A stretch of 64,000 nucleotides of DNA, taken from Balanoglossus misakiensis. Lineage: Eukaryota; Animalia; Hemichordata. The notes beneath the pieces are model-generated. The model was not told the DNA's origin. It worked only from the letters and a program-made list of their open reading frames with translations, and did no database searches. Below, one piece after another: positions 45,501 to 64,000 of this stretch. The stretch spans positions 11,149,625 to 11,213,624 of the forward strand of contig CM082579.2 of NCBI GenBank assembly GCA_040954595.2, in the 5' to 3' direction. The position numbers were made by a program, and so were the translations under genes. The first letter of the stretch is position 1. The number at the start of each line of letters is the position of its first letter.

Positions 45501-46021
45501 AAACCAGTTTCAACTGACTTGGCAGCATTAGGGATACATATAAAACACCAACCATCTGACTGACAGTGCTTTGTAGACTTCCGTTGACTATAGTTTTGAG
45601 ATGTTGCATGTTGATAGCAGATCCAGTTAACATTGAACTTGCTTGTGATTTCTTTCAGACATCCATTCATCTTGGCATTGATATGTCAACATTACCGTAC
45701 CAGAAAGTCACTGATGAATTCCAAGTGATGGATTTAGATCTGACCTGTAATACAGCACCAGACACCGAGTCACCACCACTGTACTTAGGAAATACACAGA
45801 CTATCAATGTGTCCTGCCTTCACAACTCATCAATCACAGCCATTTTATTCTGGTTCAATATACATCTAGATCAACATCACACAATATGTACCGCTGACAG
45901 GGAGACTCACTGGAAACAGGCAGCGGTTGTCATGGAAACCCCTGTTGAAGTGTGCAAAGGACAGACTCTTCAAATTAGAGCTACACTTAAAAACAGTTAC
46001 TTAGATATCACAGTAACTTAA
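39515..46021 (+). CDS. PRMT9: Protein arginine N-methyltransferase 9, ~844 aa; exons 39515-39852, 40300-40536, 40766-40933, 41322-41424, 41604-41683, 42262-42454, 42969-43164, 43821-44526, 44974-45124, 45659-46021 (start could be an in-frame ATG slightly upstream)
   Basis: N-terminal TPR ([13 protein letters not shown]), [28 protein letters not shown], double-E loop [19 protein letters not shown] loop, and a second degenerate MTase module ending THWKQ. 2535 nt in frame. Confidence 0.95.
40992..41077. mobile_element. Very short piggyBac-like MITE (86 bp) in PRMT9 intron 3
   Basis: gTAA|CCCTTTCA...TGAAAGGG|TTAA. Confidence 0.65.
45249..45533 (+). mobile_element. MITE family E copy 1 (CCCTAATGC termini, piggyBac-like), PRMT9 intron 9
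   Basis: CCCTAATGCT...AGCATTAGGG. Reverse-complement homologue at 52192-52479 (shared AGGATTCTAGGCAC.CTGGAAATCAAACCAGTTTCAAC). Confidence 0.8.
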
Positions 46022-46812
46022 AAGTTAAATTACTTAAGTCCTTTTGAACCATGAAGCTATCAATCATAAGTGTCAAAAACACTGAACTGGCCACCAACTG
46101 ACAATCATGTGTTTGACTTTCTGTTTCACAGTCAATAATTTATGCATGAAAGTTGTGTGAACTCATTGTCAAGTTTACTTCAACACGGACTTTCACGCAA
46201 ACAGGACTTGGTTGTTTTTTGCCCGGAGATGAGATGAATAACTCTTATGGTAACTCTAAAAACTCCTGTAGTTTCCGAAGCATACAGTGATTATGCAGGT
46301 GCATGTTGTCAGCATCAGCTATGTCTGCAATTGAAACTGCTGAATGGATTGGAAACAGGTATTGTTTATGTGACACCTTAATTTTGAGGAAGGCGAAAAT
46401 ATGTTTTTAGTTTCAAACAAAAAATAAAGTACAATGCACACTATTTGTTTACAAAAGTATTTTATTATCCTGTTCATAAGTTGTAATGAATATTATGGTA
46501 CACAGAAGTCTCAGAACGTTGACTGAACAAGTACACTGGTAAAAAATAGTTCCAACATAAAGACACAAGGAATGATTTAAAAATATAAATAGATTTGGTC
46601 TTTATAATAAATATTAATTATAAATTGTGAAAAAAAAGCTCTCACCATGTTCAAAAAGTATGGCAGTTTACGGTCAGCACTTGCGAGGATAATTTTTTTG
46701 GCCACTGAGACAAGATTTCTCCATTTATTACCATTGTATACCAAAAAAATTTAAACAAGTGTTTACTTTGCTGCAAGGGCAGCATGTCATAAAACTAAAA
46801 CCACACAGAAAA

Positions 46813-47023
46813 TACTGCAAAACACTTTATTTTCGCGAGCAATAAATTTTCGCAAAATACGTGAGAGCCAAAATAGCGTGAAAATAAAAAGTTGCGTAAA
46901 TTGTTTTTGAAGATAATGATGCAGTGAATGAAATAAGAGAACGCGAAAATTAATACTTGCGAAAAAGTGGCCTCTCTCGATATCACGAAAATTTCAACTC
47001 GCGAAAATAAAGTGTTTTACAGT
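46813..47023 (+). mobile_element. MITE family B copy 1, ~210 bp, TA-flanked
   Basis: TACTG(C/T)AAAACACTTTATTTTCGCG...CGCGAAAATAAAGTGTTTTACAGT; homologues at 57516 and 63632. Confidence 0.88.
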
Positions 47024-48010
47024 TTGCTTCCCCTTAATACTGAAGAGCAGTGAATACCTCATCTTGTAAATGGGCGTATTTGCCTGTTGGATGATGGATA
47101 AAAAAAAAAAAATACCCAATTCTCTTTTGTAACAAACATGGCCCTTTAAGAAATTAACAATAACTACAAATTTTACTGTAAATTCCAATCTTACAATCAG
47201 ATGTAAGGTTTGCTCAATCTTTACCTTTGCTGATTCTTTGCTCTTCTGGTCTTGGATGTTGGCCACAGATGCTTGTACATCTGAGAGAAGAGAACAGCTA
47301 AGACAGAGAACACAACAGGTTTGCCATTGTGATGCCAGGTCAGTCCAACTACCGTTCGTGATTCTAGATGGTGAAATGTACGTCAAAACTTTGAGATGGG
47401 CAAGAACAGAACAGCCAAAATGATCAACAAAGGTAAAGACACTGCCTAACACTACATCTAATTTTAATCAGATTGAAATGAATATATTCTGACTTTTGAC
47501 AATTTTTAACAAATCATTCTGTATTTGAACAATCTGACCAGCAGTTCAAATTTCAGCCTTAACATCAGAGTTTCTGTTCTAACTTCCATGCAAGTGGTGT
47601 CTGTCATAGCAGTGTTGTATTATTCCACATACTGGTAGTGGAAACACTTAGCTCTATGCTCTTGCTGGTTTGTGTAACGATTGTAAAGTATAAAAACACC
47701 AGGAAATTTTTGTTTGGTCATTTATGACCAATTTTGTCACTTTTGAACTCTACTTTTCAATTGACATTTCTGTGGTAAAACTGTGCCCCTTCATATCCAC
47801 ATTTTGACTTCCCCAAACTCCTGCTTTTCAAATTATTCTTCATAAATTTACATACAAATTTGAAAATCCAAGGAGAGTCCAGTAACTGGATATTAAAGGA
47901 GACAATGGGAAAGAGGAAAGTTTGAGATGGAGTAAGAAACAAAAGTTTGTGATCTTTGATTCTTCGACTTCCCATTACCACTGCAAATATCCCCCCATCA
48001 CTTGTTGTCT

Positions 48011-53576
<5,566 letters not shown>

Positions 53577-53716
53577 TTATGACTGTAGTTTACCGATAAA
53601 CGTCTTGCAAAAAGAATAACATTGCAGGGTCACCACTGACAGGTGATCCTTGTCCAGCAAATTTTGTCGTCTGAACTCTAAAACAGTCTAAAACCGAAAC
53701 ATCAAATGATACGAAA

Positions 53717-53758
53717 TACGCATGCGCACCCTGACAAGTTTGGGGGAAGTGACGTCAC
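53717..53758. promoter_or_regulatory. Bidirectional promoter core for TMEM184C/SPART: NRF1-like site plus overlapping ETS-CRE
   Basis: TACGCATGCGCA (53717-53728) and GGAAGTGACGTCAC (53745-53758) lie between the TMEM184C ATG and a probable SPART 5'UTR exon (donor ~53893). Confidence 0.6.
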
Positions 53759-54521
53759 ATGATGATGTTGTGATCATCTGGTGATCGTGAGTGTACAACG
53801 GCGATGTTCAATATTGACTTTCGCACGTCGTGAAGTGCCAGCGAAGTGTTTAACCAGGAAATGCTCGCAGTGTATTGAAGTATATCAAATCAGGTAATTA
53901 GCTATAACACCTTTTTACCGTAATCAAAACATTACGGTGTGTTGTCAAGATAAACATGTTACTGACTGTCTGTGCTTAGTGTCAGTGTCACTCAGCAACA
54001 TAATTTCTGAGAATCCTGGTGGCTGTGTTTTGCCCGCTGTGGTTTTACCTGATTTTGTTGATTCAAGCCACTAAATCAGTAAAAAATACTCGAGTTTCGA
54101 CGTTGAAGCTATACAGGGCAACACATGGTGCCACAGCATAGTGCTGCAGTGATGCAAAAAGCAAAACAAAACAAATTTTCTGTTGGTTTCAATTTAATAT
54201 AGTTTAACCCATATGAAATGTGTTAATTCGCAAGTTTGAATACTTTCACGTAAACTCATTGCAAACGCCCACAATGCATGTACATCATGTATACTCTGTT
54301 TTCCTTCGAATTTTGGGTACATTTGGCACTATGTTATGTTTCATATTTGCTGATGTTGCAATTTTAGAGGTCAGTCTCTTCGGATATGTTGCCATTTTCT
54401 TTAACATTGCTGAGGTTTGTAATCTGTTTATCTATATTTTTTATGGTCTAACAAAGACAATGGTAAAGTGTAGGGTTCACTAGGTCCTAGTAGGATAAAC
54501 ACGTTTATTTGCTTTTGTAGC

Positions 54522-57500
54522 ATGGAATGCCAATCGGGGAGACAAGATAGAAGTGGAGACACTCAAAGAGGTGGATTGAGGGCAATCAAGAAATACCACG
54601 ATGAAGCATTTGCTGCAATACAACTGGCATTGACACAAGATGAACAGGGCCATAGAGACAATGCAATCACTTTCTACTTGACTGGTCTAAAAAGTCTGGA
54701 AAGGGGTTTAGCAGTACCAAGTAATGGAGTGGAGTGTACTGGAGAACACTGGGATCATGCCAGAAGTATGCAGAAGAAAATGAGAAAGACATTGCAGCAG
54801 ATGAAATCGAGGGTTGAATCTCTGGAGTTGGAGATTGCTGGAGCGTCCCGACAAGACGGCAGTTACAGTCAGCATAGGGTTCATCAACTGGAGGCAGATG
54901 CAGCTTTAGGTGATAGTATCCTCAGTGACCTGGAATCTCCTCCGTCTTATGCTGAATCTGAAGCTAATGCTGAAGAGGTGCTGTGTATCGGCCAAGGAGT
55001 GCAGATTTATTTTCTGAATTCACACGGTCATGTTAGCGCACCAAGTTCTCCCGGACCTCTGCGCATCTTTCGTTTTCTCAATCAGGAAACTACAGATAAC
55101 CCCTTACAGCCACCAGCATTTATCCAAGTTGATGATTGGGTGTATCCATTGATACCAAACCAATCTCCTGCTTTGAAGAGTCTAGATGGATCCTATCTAT
55201 TCCCAGATGTCAATTCACCTGAACCAAACTCGTATATTGGATTAATACTATCCCCAGATGTACCAAGGTAAGAATCACATTAAGAAATAGCCAATGCTAA
55301 ACACAGACCTGTGTGAATTAATTGTCCTAATTCCCTCATAATTGGTTTAGTTATTTCTGTATTATCATACCACGCTAGTTCAGTAACACATTTCACTTTC
55401 TGGGATAATTTCACTACATGTAGTGCTTATCATTAATATAAAATACTTTGAGACTGCACATCACCTTCTGCAAGAATTGGAGACTTTTGAAAGAAACTAT
55501 GGAAGTGCAAGAAAATACTTTGCATCAATATGAAAATGGCACACAACATATGACATTCATAAGACCAATCATAGTGCAGGAAACAGATGAGCTGTTTTAC
55601 ATCATCTAATAATGGACAACTGAACCACTCAGCTCTCAAATGTATTTGTTTATGAACTAAAAGTTATTATTGCACAACATTTTCTGAATTGAAAAGATTG
55701 TATTCATGCTTGAAAGTTGAATGGTGGCAAATTTAATCCTGCAGTATTCAAATCTAGAATCAATATGTGCTTTTTCATCGTGATTTGTAGAATTCAGAGA
55801 GAAATGTTGGAGGATATGTTGACATCCTTGGCTGCAATGAGAGTTCAGAGACCAGAGAGACCATCAATGACAGGCAGACCAACAACAAGAACAACAGCAT
55901 CCTCTTTACTGCCTCAGAGTTCAACACAAGCAAGACCTCCCACTGCAACCGCAGCCACACCCCAGGCCACACCCCAAGTCATGCCACTGAATACAAATCA
56001 AACCAACCAAAACAAAGCTGTGGTCGTACCCCTGGACACAAGGCAGAACAAACAGCCCCGCAGTGCTCTTGATGACTCTGATGAGGAAGAGGAAGATGAG
56101 AAAAACTTATCACAATGGAGTCAAACAATCTCAAAAGGTCTTAGCATAGGTATGTCCAGGACCAAGGTGGTATCCAGCTCATAGCCTTGTCATGTCTTTG
56201 GCTGTATGACTTGTATGTCGCTACAGCAGTACTATTTTTGCGTATTTGTTCACTGAACAACATTTCACTAAGTTCATGAATGGATGGAAAAAAATGAACA
56301 TTTGCATAGGTAAAATGGTCCAAAGTTAGCATTACTACAGTGGAGATACCATGATATGGCATGCTATATGCCTTTCCATACAATACACACAGGGTTCAAA
56401 GTTTGTTTGACCTGTCATCTATGGTTCAAGAATGGGGTCTCACCCTGACTTCACCGACATTACTCATAGCCATTTCAGTAGACTCAATGCTCAGTCTAAA
56501 ACAGGACAAGTAATTGACTTATTTAATTTGTGTAGGTGCCAGTGGACTCTCATCAGGACTTGTGAAAGGTGCATCTGTACTCAGTGTCTGGGTTCAAAAA
56601 GGAGCTGGTAAATTACGTGAACAAATAACACCAGTGGATAAACCAGTTGAAATTGATTCCAAATATCAGAAAGGTGCAGAATATGCCAAGAAAGCCACCG
56701 GAGTAGCTGTTACGGTAATCCAAAACATCTTCTTTCATCTTGGTCTGTAGCGTGGTGTGCTATCAATTTTTTTATCGTCTGATACAGAACGCACAATTCT
56801 GACATGGTCTGGATAAAATAGCAATACATTTTCTTGCAGTGGGTGCCATCTTTAAGAGTTCAGCGGGATTTTAACACAATAGAGCCAGCTGGCATAAGTT
56901 TCCAAGAAGTTATGATTAATTTTTTTTAACATTTATGTAAGAAGAATTGCACTGATTCTTTCAACTGGTGTTTTGTATGTTGTGTATACTGTACTGTGGA
57001 GGGGGTGGGGGTTGTTTCACTTCAGCAGAGTCTACTAGTACTGTTGTACTTTCTTCATTGACGCTGGTGCAGTGGGAAGGTTTTTAGTTGAGCAGGAGTC
57101 AAATTTGGTACATTTGTTGTATGTACATCAATTCTTGCTATTGTCTACTTTGATGGAAATTAATGTAAAAATAAAATAGTTGAATGATTGTACGATCTCA
57201 ATCTTTGATTTTACAATCTGTACATTTTGTGTTTTGTAGGTGAGCAAATATGTAGTGGATATTGTTTGTGATGTCAGTAAGAAAATCGCCCACGATGTTG
57301 GACCTGTCGTCAGGAGAGAAGGAGAGAAATTTTTACCGGAATCCTGGCAGAGTTCAAATGGTGAAAGCAATGATACCATTGATGGTGTTATACATGTTGC
57401 GGCCTCTGGCTTCAAAGGTGAGAGAGGCCTGAAGTGCTTACGGCCATCACAGGCTAGTCTGTCTTTGTATAGACTTGTAATACACCCATTGCTAATCTGA

Positions 57501-58848
57501 TGAATGGAAATGTGGTACTGTAAAACACTTTTTTTTCGCGAGTTAAAATTTTCGCGATATCGAGAGAGGCCGCTGTTTCACGAGTATTAATTTTCGCGTT
57601 CTCTTATTTCATTCACTGCATCGTTATCTTCAATAAAAAATTTACGCGACTTTTTATTTTCACGCTATTTTGGCTCTCGGGTATTTCGTGAAAATTTATT
57701 GCTCTCGTGAAAATAAAGTGTTTTACAGTATTTGAGCCATGGGTCTTGTGTCCCAGTATATACTACCCACAAACAGTTGTTACCGCAGTATTTCATGAAT
57801 ATGCACCACGATAATTTCCGTATCTTTTATTTGTAGAAGTCAAAAACGAAACAGGAAGTGGTATTTCGGGAGTGACATTTTCAAATGTACTACACTTCCA
57901 GTATAGAGTGAACATATGTGTTTGTGAGATTCACAATGGATGTATTGCAGAATTTACTTGATACAGTCACGTTTGTGCCAATATTATAAATGCACAAAGC
58001 AGACACTGAATGATTAACGCGGTGGTGATGAGTTTCATTTGAAAACTGGATGTACATGGCAGAATGATGGATATAGTGTCAGGTTTCATTTCTTTGTCAT
58101 TTTGGAATGAATTTTTGACATCTATATGTTGCAGGTATTGGCACCATATTTCTAGGATTAGAACAAGCTGCCAAAATTTTGGCAAAGAATGTCTCTGAAG
58201 CAACAGTTGAAACAGTGGACTACAAGTAAGAAAACAATCTGTGTTTGTATGTGCATCTTTAGAAAATGTGCAAACCAGATGAACACAGCAATGTCCATGG
58301 GCAGCCGTGGCTGAACTTTATCTTTCGTAAATGTACATGTTGCGAAAATCCAAGTTGTACCTGAAACCCCTAGTGCTAAAAAATGGTTTAATTCTAACAC
58401 ATGATAGTGAGTGCAATGTCGTTATATCATGCTTGCCCAAGAGATATTGATGATGGCTGAGGTGGGCAAGAGTCTCTCTCACCTGTGCAATATGCTTCAT
58501 GTACCACAGGACAAAGTGTCAGTATGTTGGGTATAATATCTTTAATCCCCTGTTATTTGTCATTTGTTTTGTGACAGATATGGCCAAGAAGCAGCCAAAG
58601 TAACAAGTGATGGCCTCGCAGCTGGCGTCAATGTGGGTCTAACGTATACCGCTTATAGACAGCTGGGATTGAAGGCAATAGCCAAGAGAGCAGCAACAGA
58701 CACAGGGGCTGCAGCGGTCAATGATTACAGAACGGCGGCCAACAAAGCCAAGAAAGAAGAAAGTGAACTTTCAAAGAATAGTAATGATACTCAATGTAGT
58801 TACAGTGGGGTTCAGATGTCAAAACTGAAGCATTTAGATGATACATAG
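54522..58848 (+). CDS. SPART: Spartin (SPG20), ~607 aa; exons 54522-55267, 55791-56149, 56536-56714, 57240-57417, 58135-58225, 58578-58848
   Basis: N-terminal MIT domain (IKKYHDEAFAAIQLALTQDEQG), PPSY motif, VQIYFLNSHGHVSAPS..LRIFRF, FIQVDDWVYPL, and a C-terminal senescence domain (GLEQAAKILAKNVSEATVETVDYKYG). 1824 nt in frame. Confidence 0.95.
57516..57730 (-). mobile_element. MITE family B copy 2, SPART intron
   Basis: TA|CTGTAAAACAC...GTGTTTTACAG|TA; reverse complement of 46813-47023. Confidence 0.9.
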
Positions 58849-61800
58849 GATTGTTTGAAGTGGCAATATAGTGACACATTTACAAGTTTAATTTAAGGCA
58901 TAATTCCAGTTAAAAAATCAATTGTACGCAGTCTGTATAGGTGGTTGTTTACCTGAATTGCTGCATGCTGTACACGTAGAAGTTGTGTCAAATTCTCAAA
59001 TTGACCCATGAATGGTATGTTGGTATAAATACAGTCTAAGTCAATGATAAGATTTTTGCACAAATTTAGTATTTATGTTTCTTAAAACTTGTTCATTTCA
59101 GAAATGACATGATCTTTTGCATGTATGTATAATAAATGTGTATATTAATATTTTTCTTTTTATGATAAACCATTTACAATCATGGGCTACTCAAAGTGTA
59201 CAAATTGAAGGTTTCTGTCGCTCACAACGCATGTCTGACACAGTTGCTCTCTGCAGAAAAAAATGCTTAATTATAGTTTTACACAGTCAACATCTGCGGG
59301 ATGTTTTGTATGGTCGAATGTTGATTTATTATCGTTCCACATGTCAAATAACATAAACAGTGTCTTGTATTAAACGATTAATGAAGAAAGGGCAGAAAGA
59401 GAGAGAGAGAGAGACTTTGTCCCTTTAATGATTTCAAATTCTTGAAGGATTGACAAAACGGTTGTGCATAATCAATTCAGCTACTCTTGTGTTTGATCAG
59501 ATTGTAAAATGTCTTGAATATAACAAAGTTTACTCAAATATATTCAGTAGAAGGATAATGTAAGTGCTGTCTACATTTAATGTTGGAAGATATGTCATGT
59601 TTGTTGTGTGCACCTCAAAAATCGAAGCCTTAAACTTGTCGTATTTTACTCAAGGCAGCTGTGGATAATTCTCTCTTGAAATTGAGAAAAGAATGGGGTC
59701 ACCATAGAAATTTGTGAATCACAGCAAATTGTCTCAAATTTAAAATTCAACATGGCAGCTAATTTCGGTGTTAACACTTGGAGAAAATTTAAAGTTACTG
59801 TAACTTTTATGATGAACGCAACAGACTTTACGTACAATAGACAATCCTTGTGTTAATGCGCATGCGCAACCATGAGGCATTGCAAGACACTCTCACATTT
59901 TCAACTGTACTTGCTCTGTACTTGTTTGGTTATTGTCACATAAAGTGATCGAACAAATGGAATCGTGTTCTTATTTAATTTTCCTATGTGTTTTTCCAAT
60001 AAACTCTGCACGTTTTTAAAACATATACAGCAAAGACTCGAAGGGCTTGGAATTAAGTCTTCTTTTTCTGAAAATCAGAAAATGGGACCTTCACGATCAC
60101 ACGATGTTGATGCGACTTCAACATGATGCAAACAGGTCTTTTATTCTTTGATGTGATACTGAAGGTGGGTGGATGCAATGTGGGATCAAAATCAATCTGA
60201 CATGATGCAAAAGTGTTTGTGACATGATAGTGATGGTGAAAGGACACAATTCGTGCTTCAAGTTATGCGATTCCGCTTCTGTACATCCATCCATCCATAC
60301 ATACACATATACAGAAGACGGAAGCTGACTAAACCCACATATACCGAATGGGAGCTAAACATTGAAAGACCATAAATTAAAGTACATGTACCTTGATGTA
60401 ATGCTTCAAGTTGCTTCTTTTGCAAGTCAACATTCACACTACAGAAATACATGTATACACACCATACTGTCAGAGCCCACCAAAGCACACAACACAAGTA
60501 TCCAAAAATGACAAAATACAGATACTTTTAGTGGTTTCTTCATTTTATTTTTGCCATCTCAAAGTCAGGCAAGTGAGTGAAAAAGTGAACTTTTTCTTTT
60601 TTAATTTTTGGTGAACACTTCCAACCCAATAAAGTTGACATCATAAGAACAGCAGAGTTCTGTGATGACTGTGTTATTCCACTGGACATTTCCATGAGAT
60701 GGGTTTGCATAGTTGTCAGTAATTGGAACTTTCCAGCTAGCCTCCCTTCACTAAAGCCAGCAGCATTTCCTATGGCCATGTTTGGGTGGTGCAAATAATT
60801 AAATTAGAGAACAGAAATCTGGAGCAAGTGTGACACTTCCAGTAGTGGACAAGGAACGTAAAGGCTTATCTGAGCAACTGTCTCACAGTACCCCGTCAGC
60901 AGAGTGAGACAACCTAAACAGAGGATCACCACTGATGCTGTGGAAGATTCCATTGGACAAAGACAGGGGGGGAATGACTGCTGTATCTCAACTCATGGAT
61001 CAAATTAAATCAAATTATAAATACTCTTTCTCAGAGCGGGTAACTTGCTGAACAAACAAAGCAGCTAAAACCTGTAAATTGACACACAAGTGCAAAATGC
61101 TTTTAAAAACCACACAAGGAGGAAACAGGTCACAGTCTTTGAATGGGAAATCATTTATCTCAAATTAGCTTTCCTCTGATATGACGTGTGATATTGTCAT
61201 TTCCAAACTGTCCACACCCAATTCTGGATTTGAAATCAAACAACTAGATCATTAAGACTTGGTGTCTAGCACACAGGTGTACTGCGAGACTCCCCTTGTC
61301 AGAACACTGTGATCTGTTGCCTCCTTACGTACAACATATAAGTCAAACATGTGAACATCTACAATTATATTAAGGTCTTCCAACAAACAATGGACAATAT
61401 TCTTTCAAGTCATGTTAGCATATAGTCAACATGAATCCAACATTGCCTAGCACAACCCACTTTTATTTTAACAATTGCAGGGTTAAAAAGTCCGAAGCAA
61501 CATTAAAGCAAAAATTCTCTGATACCATCTAAAAACAAAGTGGTACAGAGTGCTAGTGTCTCAATCTGACAGCATTTCATTTTAAAACTCACTTAAGCAA
61601 CTCTTCTTTCATTTAAAAAGACAAAATCAGGTTATAATGCCCACCTTCCAAGTGGAAAGGTCCTATAGGACTAATGCATTCCACAGAAGGGGGTGTTATC
61701 TGACAGCTTGGTAAAGCTTTTTGTCAGTTTAGTCGAAGTTGGGTTTCCAGGTCAAATCCGGTAAGGTCATAGTGAACCCATGGTCATCATTTCTTCAACA

Positions 61801-62266
61801 AGAGGAAATTATTAATACAAAAATCACAATATATTACAAAATTAAATTTACAATATGCTTTTGAAATGTTACTGCCATTTCATGGTTGCATCAAGTGCAG
61901 ACATAAATTTGAATAATAGTTTTCCCTCACATGTGCTTGTTTCTAAAAATTGACACTGAATGGGTTCGACATCTTTATGCTTTCACAAATTCTCTCTCAT
62001 TTCCGAGTCTTCTGTGCCAAATTAATCCAACAATTTTAAAACAACTTGCCAATCTGAATTCATCACTGTCAAAATTTCAATAAATATCTGGTCGATGCAG
62101 CGCCATTATATGAACAAACTGGAAACCTATAAATTTCTTTCACATGGAACATTTTTTGTGTGAATTGAGTGAGAACTATTGTTTCAAGACTTAAAAGTTG
62201 AGTCGCCGGAGATGCGACTCAGAATGTTGAGACTAGAGATGACCATGGGTTCAAAGAGTAATCCAA

Positions 62267-63508
62267 TCACTGTTCCTCTTCATTCGGTTGATTGTTAGTG
62301 TTCCACATGGATGCATTCATGGCTTGGCTTCCAGATGGACCCCAGATGCTGGTACGGAAAGAGTCAAAAGGATCAAATGTGCCTGATACCTGTAACATCA
62401 AACATAAGTACATCTTCTTGTTAGCAATCATCTTTAACCTTTTTTTATATTTCTCTTGAAATGTTCACATAATCTATCTTTACACTCAGAACCAATCTTG
62501 TTTGCTGAGTTCTATATTTAGAAAGAGACATGAACAAAACACACCAAAATCTGACGCCCAAGTTACAATTTAATACCAGTGGTCTCCCCAGAGCAATTAA
62601 AGCAGTGGTCACACTACTCTTTTATTTTGAGAAGACAATAGAACTTAATTAACATAACAAGGGGTTATATTGTTATGCAAATTAGCCACTACTCTAGTGA
62701 AAATTCCTAGGGAGAACACCGAATACTATGATCCATGTGATGTGGCTCACAAGCACAATGGCAGCAAAGCAATGTTGGCCTTCACAACTAACCTCAGGTT
62801 TCTGAGTTGGACTGTGGCTGCTCATATCCAATAATGAACTGTCATTGCTGCTGCTTCCAGTTGTCCATATGGAGTCAGATGTCCAGATAGATGGAATCAA
62901 GTTGTTATCCCGACTGGCTGACTTGGGTGTGTCCCAAAGTTGGGTACCATGAAACAATGACTGCTATTAAAAAGATACACAATGTGTAGTTAAACTTAAT
63001 TTATCAGCGATGTCATGAAATAGCCAGCAGCTAGCAAAAACCAGCTGTAAGCAAATAATTGCTGGAATTGAGATACTATTTTTACAGAAGATTTGGGAAT
63101 ATGTACAAACATTATTGCTACATGTATAGTCTTGCTGGCACTCATGAATTACATGAAAACTTGGAAAATTACAAATACGCACTTGCACACGCACAAACGA
63201 GAACATTCACATCAAGACAGAAACTGATATTTAAGTATACATTGGTACACTTAAATGGTATATTGTCCTGTTGCCCAATTTGAATACAACAATGATTGGA
63301 TCGGTATATGTATTGTAACTTACCGGTTTTGCAGCATTTGCTGTAGTTGTGTTCCAAGATGGTGTGGATGCTTGGGATGATGAAATGCTACTGGATGGGT
63401 CCCATAGAGAACAGGCTGGCTTACTGGAACTTAAACCGTATCCCAACCATGGGCCTGCTGCTGCACTACTATCAGCTTTCTTGGTGTCCCACATGGATGT
63501 GGCTACAT
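62267..63508 (-). CDS. 3' exons of a probable TMEM131/TMEM131L-like gene (63508-63324, 62960-62793, 62389-62267); the gene continues beyond the window end (donor at 63999)
   Basis: Phase-consistent exons encode a Ser-rich tail with spaced Trp motifs (SLWDPSS, QLWDTP, SIWTSDSIW, FDPFDSFRTSIWGP...MWN), resembling the TMEM131 C-terminus. Identity is inferred from low-complexity similarity and synteny. Confidence 0.6.
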
Positions 63509-63631
63509 CTGAACAAGAAAATCATTCAAATGCAGGTTAGCCTATCTCCTTCAATACCCAAATTTGAAAAGCCAAATTACTGTGATATAATTACGCATCT
63601 AATAAATATTTATGAGAAGGGGTATAAGATA

Positions 63632-63827
63632 TACTGTAAAACACTTTATTTTCACGAGCAATAAATTTCCGCGAAATACGCGAGAGCAAAAATAGCGTGA
63701 AAATAAAAATTTGTGTAATTTGTTTTTGAAGATAACAATGCAGTGAATGAAATAAGAGAACACGAAAATTAATACACGCGAAATAGTGGCCTCTCTCGAT
63801 ATCGCAAAAATAAAGTGTTTTACAGTA
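63632..63827 (+). mobile_element. MITE family B copy 3
   Basis: TA|CTGTAAAACACTTTATTTTCACG...AAATAAAGTGTTTTACAG|TA. Confidence 0.9.
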
Positions 63828-64000
63828 TCTGGGGAGCATTGGCCAATGTCACAGATTCATTATAAGTTGCTTCAGCTCTGACAGCCCCATGCCTAACTCT
63901 GTTCATCCAGACACCTTCTAACTGCCCATGTAGCCATACAGAACCACCAGGCTATTTGAAGGCATATGTGCCACAGTTTATTGCAAACATTTCACTCACC

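Noticed and set aside
59857-59868. Perfect NRF1 palindrome TGCGCATGCGCA
   Set aside because: Lies between convergent 3' ends with no nearby gene start; function unsupported.

Overview
AT-rich, intron-containing animal genomic DNA. The gene content and MITE families suggest an invertebrate deuterostome, possibly a hemichordate (inference). I assembled exon chains by hand from GT-AG boundaries, reading frame and protein motifs. Gene order: (1) 3' end of an ST6GalNAc III-VI-type sialyltransferase (+); (2) a complete second paralogue (+); (3) a third paralogue (-); (4) a two-exon gene for a secreted, probably GPI-anchored protein with a goliath/GRAIL (RNF130/149/150)-type PA domain but no RING (+); (5) MGST2/LTC4S-like MAPEG gene (+); (6) CCDC169 (-); (7) NDUFC2 (-), head-to-head with (8) PRMT9 (+), which is tail-to-tail with (9) TMEM184C (-), head-to-head with (10) spartin/SPART (+); (11) 3' exons of a probable TMEM131/TMEM131L gene (-). 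Non-coding DNA holds a decayed L2/CR1-clade LINE, several MITE families with visible TIRs and TSDs, a ~450 bp degenerate foldback and microsatellites. The most notable observations are the RING-less PA-domain protein, the diverging sialyltransferase triplet next to it, a gene neighbourhood that joins genes found on human 4q31 and 13q13, and candidate microexons in CCDC169. No database searches were run; gene names rest on recognised motifs.
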